A DNA stretch of 36,078 bases. It comes from a bacterium (GTDB lineage Bacteria; T1Sed10-126). Shown piece by piece: positions 18,787 through 27,302 of this stretch. Where the stretch lies: contig JBNJDC010000001.1 in the NCBI GenBank assembly GCA_051744565.1, positions 1-36,078 of the forward strand. Reading direction: 5' to 3'. The notes below the pieces were generated by a model, which did no database searches, had not been told where the DNA came from, and saw only the letters and a program-made list of their open reading frames with translations. Made by a program: the position numbers and the translations under genes. Positions within the stretch are counted from its first letter, which is position 1; each line of letters opens with the position of its first letter.

Positions 18787-19131
18787 TCAGGCTGTTTTAT
18801 CCGCGATCGAACAAAATTCGGGATGATTTTCAGCTATTTTTTCCAGGACTTCACTGGCTGCCCGGAGCATATTCCGGTAGCAACTCCACTGTTGTTTTTC
18901 CAGTTTTTCTGGTTCAACCATTAGCTGCTGACTGGCCCGGGTATTGTCCTGCTCGAATTTTACGGCCGGGGCGGGCAGATTCTTCGCTCCGGCCAGCAGT
19001 AGTTCGAAAACAGTGGATATACCGGCGCAGACTATACTTTCACCTTCACTAGCATCACCGGAGTGTCCCCGGGCAGAAATTCCTATGATTTCACCGCTGG
19101 AATTACTGCGGTGAAAATAGATCTCTGTCAT
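18787..19131 (-). CDS. prp: Ribosomal-processing cysteine protease Prp (YsxB/DUF464 family)
   Basis: It sits between rplU and rpmA. GHSGDASEGESIVCAGISTV matches the Prp His/Cys dyad region (GHA...G.DIVCA..S). It is about 114 aa. Confidence 0.75.
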   Translation of the reverse strand: MTEIYFHRSNSSGEIIGISARGHSGDASEGESIVCAGISTVFELLLAGAKNLPAPAVKFEQDNTRASQQLMVEPEKLEKQQWSCYRNMLRAASEVLEKIAENHPEFCSIADKTA

Positions 19132-19142
19132 CACTGGAAATT

Positions 19143-19454
19143 TTAGACGTCGATGGAATCGATTTTTAAGCGGGTAAGATCATCCCGGTGTCCCAGCTTG
19201 CGGCGCCGGCCTTCCCGTCTTTTATAGTCAAATACTGTGATTTTATCACCGCGAAAATGTTCGCTCACGGTGGCTTTAATCCGAGCATTTTCGACATAAG
19301 GCTGTCCGACTAAGGTTTCATCGTCGTTTTTGACCAGCAGTACTTCGTCAATTTCAATCTCTTCGCCTTCTTTTTCGTCGCGGCGAAAAACTGTGACTTC
19401 AGATTCAGGTTCCACTCTGTACTGATGGCTGCCAATAGAAAAAACTGCATACAT
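19143..19454 (-). CDS. rplU: 50S ribosomal protein L21
   Basis: It has MYAVFSIGSHQYRV...VLLV...G.PYV..A.I.A.V.EH.RG.KI.VFDYKRR.GRRRK.GHR, over 103 aa. Confidence 0.95.
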   Translation of the reverse strand: MYAVFSIGSHQYRVEPESEVTVFRRDEKEGEEIEIDEVLLVKNDDETLVGQPYVENARIKATVSEHFRGDKITVFDYKRREGRRRKLGHRDDLTRLKIDSIDV

Positions 19455-19482
19455 GGTAAAAACCTCCTTTGAATGGACAGAG

Positions 19483-19510
19483 AGTCTAACAAAAAGGTGG
19501 ATGATGTCAA
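19483..19510 (-). promoter_or_regulatory. Candidate sigma70 promoter of the rplU-prp-rpmA operon (TTGACA-16 nt-TAGACT)
   Basis: On the minus strand, a perfect -35 TTGACA maps to 19505-19510 and the -10 TAGACT to 19483-19488. This leaves a leader of about 25 nt with an AAGGAGG SD before rplU. Confidence 0.4.
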
Positions 19511-19595
19511 CTTGGCTTTTATAATTTATACTGTTTTCTTACTTTATTTAACCTGAATTACCACTTATTGGAGTTGAAACTACAGGTGTTGATTG

Positions 19596-21734
19596 ATGGA
19601 TAGAACTAAATTTATATTGGTTACAGTCGGACTGTTTCTTTTTTTAATTTATACTTTTGCTCCCGAAATATGTATCGCAGCTCCGGATAAAGTCCTGCGT
19701 CTGGAGGAAGCAGAGCATATGGACTGGAATATGCGGCGGGGTATTTTAACCGCCCGGGGAAATGTTCGGGCCCGGTGGGGGCAGAGACATATATATGCGG
19801 ATAAAGTGTATTATCACGAAGGTAAACAACAGTTGGTCCTTAAGGGGAACGCCCGGCTTATCCTGGACGGAAAAAGCCAGGTAAAAGGCGATTATATCCG
19901 AATTGATTTAGCTGATGATGAAGTCGAGACAGAAAAAATTATCGGTGAATTTGAGCCCTGGTTTTTACGGACAGCAGAAGTGAAAGGGGAAATAGACACC
20001 CATCTGGTTGCACCTTCTGCTTCTTTGACTACCTGTGATCTTGAAAATCCTCATTACAGGATTAGAGCCGGGGAATTCCACCTTTACCCCGGGGATAGAC
20101 TTGTCGGGTATAATGTAGTTGTATCAATTGGCCGGGTTCCCGTCTTTTATTTACCCTGGATGATGGTGGATTTAAAACACCGGTTTTCACGCTGGAAAAT
20201 CAACCCCGGTTACAGCTCACACGATGGTTTTATGCTGGAGCTTGGCTACAGATATTTGATGGAGCGTGATGAACAGCCGATCACGGGGACTATTTATACC
20301 GACCTGCGCGAATATTCAGGGGCCGGGATTGGTGCTGACGTTGAATACGATGAAGAGGAGCAGTATGCTTACCTGTATTACTTTCGTTCCCGCCGTCGTC
20401 CGCTTGTATACGACGCAGAAAAGGAAGAAGAAGTGCGCTCGGAAAAGGAACATGAGCTTCGGAAATTAAAAGCATCCGTGGATTATTCGTTTGATTCTGT
20501 TCCCTGGCGAATGCACGGTGAAGCAGACTGGCCGGATTATGCCCGTTTTAATCGAGAATTTCAGAGTTCACTTTCCCTGCGGACGGAAAATGAACGGACT
20601 CTCCAGGGAGCACTTATTCGCCGGGGAGAGCAGTCGTTATTTCGGGTGGGAGGTAAGCGAACCGATCGGCTGGCGGAAGAAACAGATGATTTCAGGAGAA
20701 GTTCGGGTTATATGCCCCGGGTTCATTACCAACTTTTTCCGGTTAATTTTGAATTTTTACCGTCCGGATATTATTATCGTTTTGAGGGCGTGGCGGAAAA
20801 AAGGTATGAAAATACAGAAGGAGACACTTACTTTCGTCCCTGGGACATGTGGGTTCAGAATTCATTAACTCGTTCGGTCCCCTGGACAAGCTGGCTCAAT
20901 CAGTCCTATCGCTTCGGATATCAGCAGAAGTACGAAGAAATATTAAATGATGAATCAGGGGCAGAGGAGTCGCTGACCACCGGTGCCGGAATATTTCGGC
21001 TTAGAAATTCAATACGTTATATTCCGGGAGTGAACCTTGATTTAACTTATAATTTAAAAGAACGATTTAATCACCGGGATGAAGTGAAACTGAATCTGAT
21101 GGGGAAAGACAGAGGATTGGAAAGTTCGGGTAGAATTGAGCACAATCTTGATTTTTCAGCCAGCTGGCAGCCGGGGAACAGTTATTTTCATCTGCGCGGT
21201 GGATATGATCTTCGCCGCTCTAAAACCGCTGAAATTTTATCCGATAGTCGAGTTTATCCGATCAGGTTAAATTTTGAGTTTCCGGTTAACAATTACTGGA
21301 AATGGAACCAGTTTATTAACTATAGCTGGCAGGAAGAAAAGATCAGCCAGCTTAATACAGAATGGGATTTCAACTTGAGTCGGCAGTTTAAAACGGGATT
21401 CAGCTGGGATTATAACCGCCGGTCCGGGGATGATTTTTCTCAACTTGGCCATCATTTTAACTGGAGCCCCGCCGGCGACAGGTGGCGATTTCGCAGTGAT
21501 CTTCTCTGGAGTCGCCAGAAAGATCAGCTGGAAGAGACCCGTTTTAAATTATACCGACAGCTGCACTGCTGGGAAATGAGAATTATTTACCGGGAACTGA
21601 AAGATCACGATCGACAGCTCTGGTTGACTTTCAACCTTGTTGATTACCCGCGGCGGGCCCTTGGAGTTGAACGAAACATAGGCCAGAACAACTATGATAT
21701 GACGGAAGGTACCTGGAAGGAAATTGTTGAATAA
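19596..21734 (+). CDS. lptD: LPS-assembly outer-membrane protein LptD (OstA family)
   Basis: It has a signal/TM segment (FILVTVGLFLFLIYTFA). The OstA-like N-domain is ARGNVRARWGQRHIYADKVYYHEGKQQLVLKGNARL. The long C-terminal region is rich in aromatics and Gly, consistent with a beta-barrel. ATG 19596 lies 7 nt after AGGTG. Confidence 0.7.
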   Translation: MDRTKFILVTVGLFLFLIYTFAPEICIAAPDKVLRLEEAEHMDWNMRRGILTARGNVRARWGQRHIYADKVYYHEGKQQLVLKGNARLILDGKSQVKGDYIRIDLADDEVETEKIIGEFEPWFLRTAEVKGEIDTHLVAPSASLTTCDLENPHYRIRAGEFHLYPGDRLVGYNVVVSIGRVPVFYLPWMMVDLKHRFSRWKINPGYSSHDGFMLELGYRYLMERDEQPITGTIYTDLREYSGAGIGADVEYDEEEQYAYLYYFRSRRRPLVYDAEKEEEVRSEKEHELRKLKASVDYSFDSVPWRMHGEADWPDYARFNREFQSSLSLRTENERTLQGALIRRGEQSLFRVGGKRTDRLAEETDDFRRSSGYMPRVHYQLFPVNFEFLPSGYYYRFEGVAEKRYENTEGDTYFRPWDMWVQNSLTRSVPWTSWLNQSYRFGYQQKYEEILNDESGAEESLTTGAGIFRLRNSIRYIPGVNLDLTYNLKERFNHRDEVKLNLMGKDRGLESSGRIEHNLDFSASWQPGNSYFHLRGGYDLRRSKTAEILSDSRVYPIRLNFEFPVNNYWKWNQFINYSWQEEKISQLNTEWDFNLSRQFKTGFSWDYNRRSGDDFSQLGHHFNWSPAGDRWRFRSDLLWSRQKDQLEETRFKLYRQLHCWEMRIIYRELKDHDRQLWLTFNLVDYPRRALGVERNIGQNNYDMTEGTWKEIVE

Positions 21735-21807
21735 TTTGTAATTAACTTCTATGATTAAGTGCTTGCTAATTTTGGTATAAAATCATGAACAGGGCGGAGG
21801 TTTCAGA

Positions 21808-22449
21808 ATGATTTTTGGAAGTAAAGAAGCTGAGGTTAAAAAATCAATCCAGGCCCATCTTGATGCTGTAAACGAATGTCTCGAAGTTTTTGAAGAAATG
21901 ATGGTTAAATACCTGGATGAGAACGAAGATTTTAAGGACAGTTCATTTAAAGTCCATGAAAAAGAACATGCTGCAGATGAAATAAGAAGAGAAATTGAGA
22001 TACAGATTTATGAGGGAGCATTTATGCCCCTTTTTCGCGGCGACTATATCACCCTGGTTGAATTAATAGATAAGGTGGCAAATAGAGCTGAAACCATCAG
22101 TGATTTTATTGCCCAGCAAAACCCGCGGGTTCCAGATGAACTGGACGAACGCTTCCGAAAACTTATAGAAAAAGTCCTGGAATGTTTTGAACCCCTGGTG
22201 GGAATTGTGGCAGCTTTAAATTCTGACTGGGAAGAAGCGGGACGTCTGGCTCGCCAGGTTGAGGAACTCGAACAGGAAGTGGATAGAATTGAGTGGCAGC
22301 TTATCAGTGACCTGTTTGAAATGGAAGATCTTGAGCTGGCTGAAAAAATGCAGGCCCGTGATTTGATTCAGCTGACGGCAGCTCTTGCCGACCGGATGGA
22401 GGATATTTCGGACCGGATTGATATAATGCTGGTTAAGCGCCAGCTGTAG
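21808..22449 (+). CDS. DUF47 / TIGR00153-type PhoU-like protein
   Basis: It has FGSKEAEV...HLDAV..C...F.E.......D...S...V...EHAADEIRREIE...YEGAFMPLFRGD...L.E.IDKVANRAE, a pattern typical of the YkaA/DUF47 family. Confidence 0.7.
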   Translation: MIFGSKEAEVKKSIQAHLDAVNECLEVFEEMMVKYLDENEDFKDSSFKVHEKEHAADEIRREIEIQIYEGAFMPLFRGDYITLVELIDKVANRAETISDFIAQQNPRVPDELDERFRKLIEKVLECFEPLVGIVAALNSDWEEAGRLARQVEELEQEVDRIEWQLISDLFEMEDLELAEKMQARDLIQLTAALADRMEDISDRIDIMLVKRQL

Positions 22450-22460
22450 GTTTGAAAAAG

Positions 22461-23633
22461 TTATTTTCCCCTGAAATGTAAATAGCCCAGCAATCCCAGC
22501 CCCGTGCTTCCGAATAACAGGTTGGGTATCCAGATAGCGAGCGCGGGATTCACCCATCCCTCCATAGCCAGTGGTTCACTGGCCGTTATCATCATATAGT
22601 AAAGAAAAATTATCAGCAGACTGAGAACAAAGCCAATTGACTTACCGCTTTGCCGGGATAGCATGCCAAAAGGGGCGGCAACCAGGATTAAGAAAAATGA
22701 GGCAAAAGGAATTGCCAGTGCCCGGTGGAAGGTAATCGTGCGCCGCCGGGATTCCCGCCGGGTGTTTAAAAGTTTCTGCGAAGGAGAGTCTGAAGGCAGG
22801 CGGGAAAATTGTTTTTCCAGTGAATCAAGTTCTCTGTTGATTTCATTAACTCGCCTGTAGAGGTGAGTAAATGAAGCGGCGTCTTCAATATTAAGTGCAA
22901 CATCGGCGGAAAAATTTTCCATCCGGAAGGGGAAGGTTTGCCGGCTGAACTGTATATTCCTGTATTGTTGTTCTGATTGCTGATGAATTATACCGTCTTC
23001 AAGCAGAAGTTGGTATTGATTGTTTTTTCCTCCCCGCCATTTGCCGCGTTGAGCGAAAATTCTCAGGGGGTTTTCCTCACTTCGGTCTTCTACAAACAGC
23101 TGAATCATTACATCGTTTTCAATTTTCTCCGCATAGATAGTATAGGGGCCGATTTCTACGTAACGTCCGGCAGAGATGAGTTCGGGCGGGCTGGGGGTTT
23201 CCATTTCTGAGAGCTGCCGGGCCTGGAATTTAGAAAGTGCCGGTAGTCCAAATTCTCGCATAAACAAAAGCCCTGTGGTTAATAAAATCCCGGCAATTAA
23301 GGGGGGAACTAATAGGGAGTGGAGGGAGAGACCGGAGGCCCGCATTATGGTTAATTCCATGTCGGCGGCCAGGCGGCCATAAGCCATTAATACTCCCATG
23401 AGAATCGCCATTGGTACGGTAAAATAAAATGTTTCCGGAATTGAGGCCGCGGTAAATAAAAGAATATTGAGCGGGGCGAACCCCCGGGATATTATTAAAT
23501 CGGTGATTTCAAATAACTGGTGAAAGATTAAAATCCCGGTAAAAAGAGCCAGACCGAGAAGAAAAGGGACCAGCAGTTCTTTAAATATATAGCGATGTAT
23601 TAATTTCAAATTACAACCAGCTCCCCGGAACAT
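22461..23633 (-). CDS. LptF/LptG family LPS export permease (YjgP/YjgQ)
   Basis: It has IHRYIFKELLVPFLLGLALFTGILIF, six predicted TM segments and a central periplasmic domain. The start may be the internal TTG at 23609. Confidence 0.8.
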   Translation of the reverse strand: MFRGAGCNLKLIHRYIFKELLVPFLLGLALFTGILIFHQLFEITDLIISRGFAPLNILLFTAASIPETFYFTVPMAILMGVLMAYGRLAADMELTIMRASGLSLHSLLVPPLIAGILLTTGLLFMREFGLPALSKFQARQLSEMETPSPPELISAGRYVEIGPYTIYAEKIENDVMIQLFVEDRSEENPLRIFAQRGKWRGGKNNQYQLLLEDGIIHQQSEQQYRNIQFSRQTFPFRMENFSADVALNIEDAASFTHLYRRVNEINRELDSLEKQFSRLPSDSPSQKLLNTRRESRRRTITFHRALAIPFASFFLILVAAPFGMLSRQSGKSIGFVLSLLIIFLYYMMITASEPLAMEGWVNPALAIWIPNLLFGSTGLGLLGYLHFRGK

Positions 23634-23831
23634 TAAATCAGGTGGTTTTTTTCAGGTTTGGATTATTATCTCATAGGAAATTGTGTAAGATAAAGTTTAT
23701 TTTTTTGGGGATATGTGATACATTATTATGGCAGGTGAAGAGCCGGGTCGCTGATGAGCCAGCATTTGCACTAACTCACACAACATTAATATGATCCTAC
23801 CGACCCAAAATTTATTCTGGGGGTTAAATTC

Positions 23832-24584
23832 ATGAAATTAGTGCGTCTGGGTTTGCTGACAGTGCTGGCTGCGGTATTACTTCTACCTGTGGTGGTGGAA
23901 GCTGAAAGAGATGTTATTTCCGTTCGGGTTATTTTACCGGATAATCAACATACCGTAGCTACTACTGCTCATACTGTAGATGAATTTTTAGATGAGCAGG
24001 GCCTGGATCCTTCTGATTTCACCCGGGTTTTCCCAGCCCCGGAAACTACTATTTCCAGGGGGACACATATTTTTCTTTATCCTGAAAAATCTGATGATAA
24101 AAAAGTGAAATCAATTGATTATTCGACGCGATCAATTAATACTGATGCTCTTCCTTCCTCCCATTCATTTTTGATCCGTGGTGGCCAGCCGGGGAAAAAA
24201 ATTGGCGGCCGGGTGGTTGATGAACCCGCTCCGGCCATAAAACTTAACGGGCAGGCTGATTTTAAGGTTGAGCAGCTGCAGAAGCTTCGTCGGCGGGCAA
24301 GCAAACGAATGCTGGCTACCGGGTATTCCACCCATGCTCTTGATACTGCTCCTTATAACGATGGCTATACTGCACTTGGACTGTCGGCGGGTTATGGTAT
24401 TGTCGCTGTGGATCCCCGGGTTATCCCCCTGGGGACTTTGCTTTATGTTGAAGGCTACGGGTATGCTTTAGCTGCCGATGTGGGCGGGGCCATTAAGGGG
24501 AACCGAATTGACCTATGTTTTTCGAATCGCCGCCAGGCCCTGCTTTTTGGTCGCCAGTATAAAACCGTTTACATTCTTGGGTAA
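23832..24584 (+). CDS. Secreted 3D-domain protein (DUF348 plus 3D; YabE/Rpf-like cell-wall protein)
   Basis: It has a signal peptide (LLTVLAAVLLLPVVVEA) and a DUF348-like segment (VRVILPDNQHTVATTAHTVDEFLDEQGL). The 3D domain is ATGYS...GIVAVDPRVIPLGTLLYVEGYGYALAADVGGAIKGNRIDLCF. Confidence 0.8.
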   Translation: MKLVRLGLLTVLAAVLLLPVVVEAERDVISVRVILPDNQHTVATTAHTVDEFLDEQGLDPSDFTRVFPAPETTISRGTHIFLYPEKSDDKKVKSIDYSTRSINTDALPSSHSFLIRGGQPGKKIGGRVVDEPAPAIKLNGQADFKVEQLQKLRRRASKRMLATGYSTHALDTAPYNDGYTALGLSAGYGIVAVDPRVIPLGTLLYVEGYGYALAADVGGAIKGNRIDLCFSNRRQALLFGRQYKTVYILG

Positions 24585-24762
24585 ACCGCCTGTTTTTTTA
24601 CTTTTGTTCCTTCCGGATCAATATTAAAGATTTTTATATTTTTCTTTTCAATTTAAGACAAAAATATAAAATTATAGCCAGAATTTGCTAAACTAAATTA
24701 ATATCGGCAATTTAATCGTTCGAGCATTTATTTAATATCAGATAATACAAGGAGTTTTAATT

Positions 24763-26295
24763 ATGAACTGGCTGCGGGACCAGATGAAAACCATAATATG
24801 GATGATTGTTATCGCTTTTGTTGTCACTATTTTTGCCAGCTGGGGGATGGGAGGATTCAGTGGGCCGCAGGAACAACACGTGGCCACTGTTGATGGGGAA
24901 AAAATTCCTCTTTCCGATTTTCAGGAGCAATTCAGCCGTCAACAGGAGACATATCGAGAAGAAAATGAAGGACCGGTGGACAGTGAAACGCTGCAGCGGC
25001 TGCGGGGGGAAGCTTTTGAACAGGAGGTCAACCGGGTATTATTGCGTCGATATTTGCACGGAGCTGGCGGGGCGGCTACAAAAGAAGAGGTCAGAGAGTG
25101 GTTAACTTCGCGGCCTGAGTTTCGTGATGAATCCGGTCGGTTTGATCCGGATATTTATCAGCAGTTTCTGGATCGGGTTTCTCCGGCTCGCCAGGAGGAA
25201 CTTGTTGAAAGTGAAACTGAACGGGTAGAAAACTTGAGGGTTACAAGCTGGCTGGAAAACAAGGTGGATTTCACCGATACTGAAGCAGAATACCTGGCCG
25301 CTGATGCTGTCCGGGAAGTCCGGTTATACGGGGTTTTTATTGACCCCCTGCAGTATGTAGCTGATACCCGGGTGCAAAAATATTACAGGGCAAATTCTGA
25401 AGAGTTTAAGGCGCCCCCCCGGGCCTATGTGCGCCAGATTATGCTGGACTCCCCTGATACGTCTGCGCCGGATTACCGCCAGCAGCTGGACGAAGTCAAT
25501 CAACTGTTAGATCAGATACGTCGCCGGCATTCTATCGGCGATGATTTTGGCGAGCTGGCCCGGACTTACTCGGCTGATACCGCCACCGCCTCCAGCGGGG
25601 GGTTGGTAGGGTGGGTCAAACCTGAAGAACTTGAGGAGCAGGTTCAACGGGTTGTTTTTGGACTTCAGCCGGGAGAAATCAGTGAACTGGTTCGCCGGGA
25701 GGACGGTTATTACCTTTATTACCTTGAAAAAGCTGATTTTGAACGGCAGCTGCCCCTTGAACAGGTGGAAGATGAAATCCGATCCCGGCTGGCGGGCCAA
25801 GAAGAACAAAAACTGGCTGAAATGGAAGCAGATACTGTGTATAATCAGCTTACGAATGTTAACCGGCCAATTTCAAAACTGCGAAATATTGCAAGCAATT
25901 ACCACGGACTGGCGGCTGAAAATAGCGGTGATTACGGATGGGTACCCACGGAATTGATTGTTCCCGAGCTTGTTGAGAATCCTGAACGCTGGCGGGGGGA
26001 ACTGGCTGAAAATAATCGGATTGTATCAAAAATAAGTGATCGTTTGCGTCAGCTGAAGACCGGCAAAATCAGTTCTCCGGTTAATTCTAAATTTGGTTAT
26101 CATCTCCTGGCAATTTCGGATCGTCGCCCGGCAAATGTGGACGAGTTGTCCGGGGAAACCATGCAGACTATTGTTCAAAGAATACGAAGTAAAAAAATTG
26201 AAAGTTATTTTGACAGCTGGTTGAACGCCCGCCGGGAAGAGGCTGAAATTGAGCTGAATGTTCCTCCCGAACAGGTGGGCAGGTCTTCAAGTTAG
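24763..26295 (+). CDS. Membrane-anchored peptidyl-prolyl isomerase / periplasmic chaperone (PpiD/SurA-like, parvulin domain)
   Basis: It has an N-terminal TM (IIWMIVIAFVVTIFASWG). The parvulin-type segment is FGELARTYSADTATASSGGLVGWVKPEEL...GEISELVRREDGYYLYYL, with a second degenerate one (SPVNSKFGYHLLAI). An AAGGAG SD lies upstream. Confidence 0.75.
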   Translation: MNWLRDQMKTIIWMIVIAFVVTIFASWGMGGFSGPQEQHVATVDGEKIPLSDFQEQFSRQQETYREENEGPVDSETLQRLRGEAFEQEVNRVLLRRYLHGAGGAATKEEVREWLTSRPEFRDESGRFDPDIYQQFLDRVSPARQEELVESETERVENLRVTSWLENKVDFTDTEAEYLAADAVREVRLYGVFIDPLQYVADTRVQKYYRANSEEFKAPPRAYVRQIMLDSPDTSAPDYRQQLDEVNQLLDQIRRRHSIGDDFGELARTYSADTATASSGGLVGWVKPEELEEQVQRVVFGLQPGEISELVRREDGYYLYYLEKADFERQLPLEQVEDEIRSRLAGQEEQKLAEMEADTVYNQLTNVNRPISKLRNIASNYHGLAAENSGDYGWVPTELIVPELVENPERWRGELAENNRIVSKISDRLRQLKTGKISSPVNSKFGYHLLAISDRRPANVDELSGETMQTIVQRIRSKKIESYFDSWLNARREEAEIELNVPPEQVGRSSS

Positions 26296-26329
26296 TGTTT
26301 TTAAATAATCAATGGTATGAAAAATAATT

Positions 26330-27283
26330 ATGCTTTCTCTTATTAAAACTTTTTTAACTGCAGTCAAAGAACATAAAAAAATTGTGCGAATTGCCGGGGC
26401 AGTCCTGGTTATTTTTGCCCTGGTAGCGGTAGTTAATTATTATTTTAATCAACCGCGGCTGAGTAAAAAAGTTGAAGCTACGGTTGTGAAAAACTATAAA
26501 AATAAACTGCAAGAGGAGCCTTTTAACGGCGAGCTACTCCTGAAAACTGCCCGTCATATCTATTATTTTACCCGAAATCGACTGCAGAAAGATTCAGAGC
26601 TATCGGGACGAAAAAATTTGGTCGAAACAGCTCTGAGTTGTTACCGCCGACTGGAAGGAAATCCAGAATGGCAGCTTCGGGTTAAAGATTATTTTTTCAG
26701 CGCTTACCTTTACTTTCAGCTGGGGAAAATTTATAGTTCAGAAGTTCGGGGGGGTTATAATTCCCGGGCCCTGGAGCTGGCGCTGAGAGCTTATGAAAGT
26801 GGATTTCGGTCGCCGGAACTAATTGCCTTGCTGGCCAACCTGTATTTTGAAAAAGGTGATTATGAGACAGCTATAAGTTATTATGAAACCCTGGGGCAGA
26901 CCAGGGACCCGGTTTTGTTGTTAAATAAAGCACGTTCCCTGCTCGGTCGGGGAGAAAAAGAAGACCTGAAGCGAGCCGATGAATTGCTTCAGACAGCTCA
27001 TAGGCTAATAGAACCCCGGCGGGAAGCTAACAGTCGTGTTTTTAAAAATATTCAATTAAGTAGAATAAAGGTTGCAATCAAGACAAAACGGTTAAATCAA
27101 GCTCACCGGTTGTTGCAGAATTTTGCTGACGGACAGGATAAACCGGAATATCAAGTATTATACGCCCGGTATTTGCTTGCCCGGGGGCGTGAGAAAGAAG
27201 CACGCCGTATATTATCAGAATTGGCCGGTGGAGATAATCCTTATCCCCGGGCGGTTAAACTTTTACGAGAAATTTCATCATAA
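26330..27283 (+). CDS. Membrane-anchored TPR-repeat protein
   Basis: It has an N-terminal TM ([19 protein letters not shown]). TPR-like helical repeats include [22 protein letters not shown] and [18 protein letters not shown]. Function is unknown. Confidence 0.55.
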   Translation: MLSLIKTFLTAVKEHKKIVRIAGAVLVIFALVAVVNYYFNQPRLSKKVEATVVKNYKNKLQEEPFNGELLLKTARHIYYFTRNRLQKDSELSGRKNLVETALSCYRRLEGNPEWQLRVKDYFFSAYLYFQLGKIYSSEVRGGYNSRALELALRAYESGFRSPELIALLANLYFEKGDYETAISYYETLGQTRDPVLLLNKARSLLGRGEKEDLKRADELLQTAHRLIEPRREANSRVFKNIQLSRIKVAIKTKRLNQAHRLLQNFADGQDKPEYQVLYARYLLARGREKEARRILSELAGGDNPYPRAVKLLREISS

Positions 27284-27302
27284 ATTTCAGGAGTTGATTA
27301 AG

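Noticed and set aside
23751-23757. A CUGAUGA box in the 3D-gene leader, reminiscent of the hammerhead ribozyme core.
   Set aside because: No downstream GAAA box and no three-stem architecture can be drawn around it. A single 7-mer match is expected by chance.
23634-23831. A canonical ydaO/yuaA c-di-AMP riboswitch upstream of the 3D-domain gene.
   Set aside because: The conserved blocks I remember (GGGGACCCA, GGGGUGAAUC, ACCCGAAUCCG...CAGCUAACCUCGUAAGCG) are absent or out of order. I report it only as an unclassified structured leader.
23791-23835. A 14-codon uORF (MILPTQNLFWGLNS) whose TGA overlaps the ATG of the 3D gene.
   Set aside because: It has no Shine-Dalgarno upstream and no way to test conservation here. 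It is probably fortuitous.
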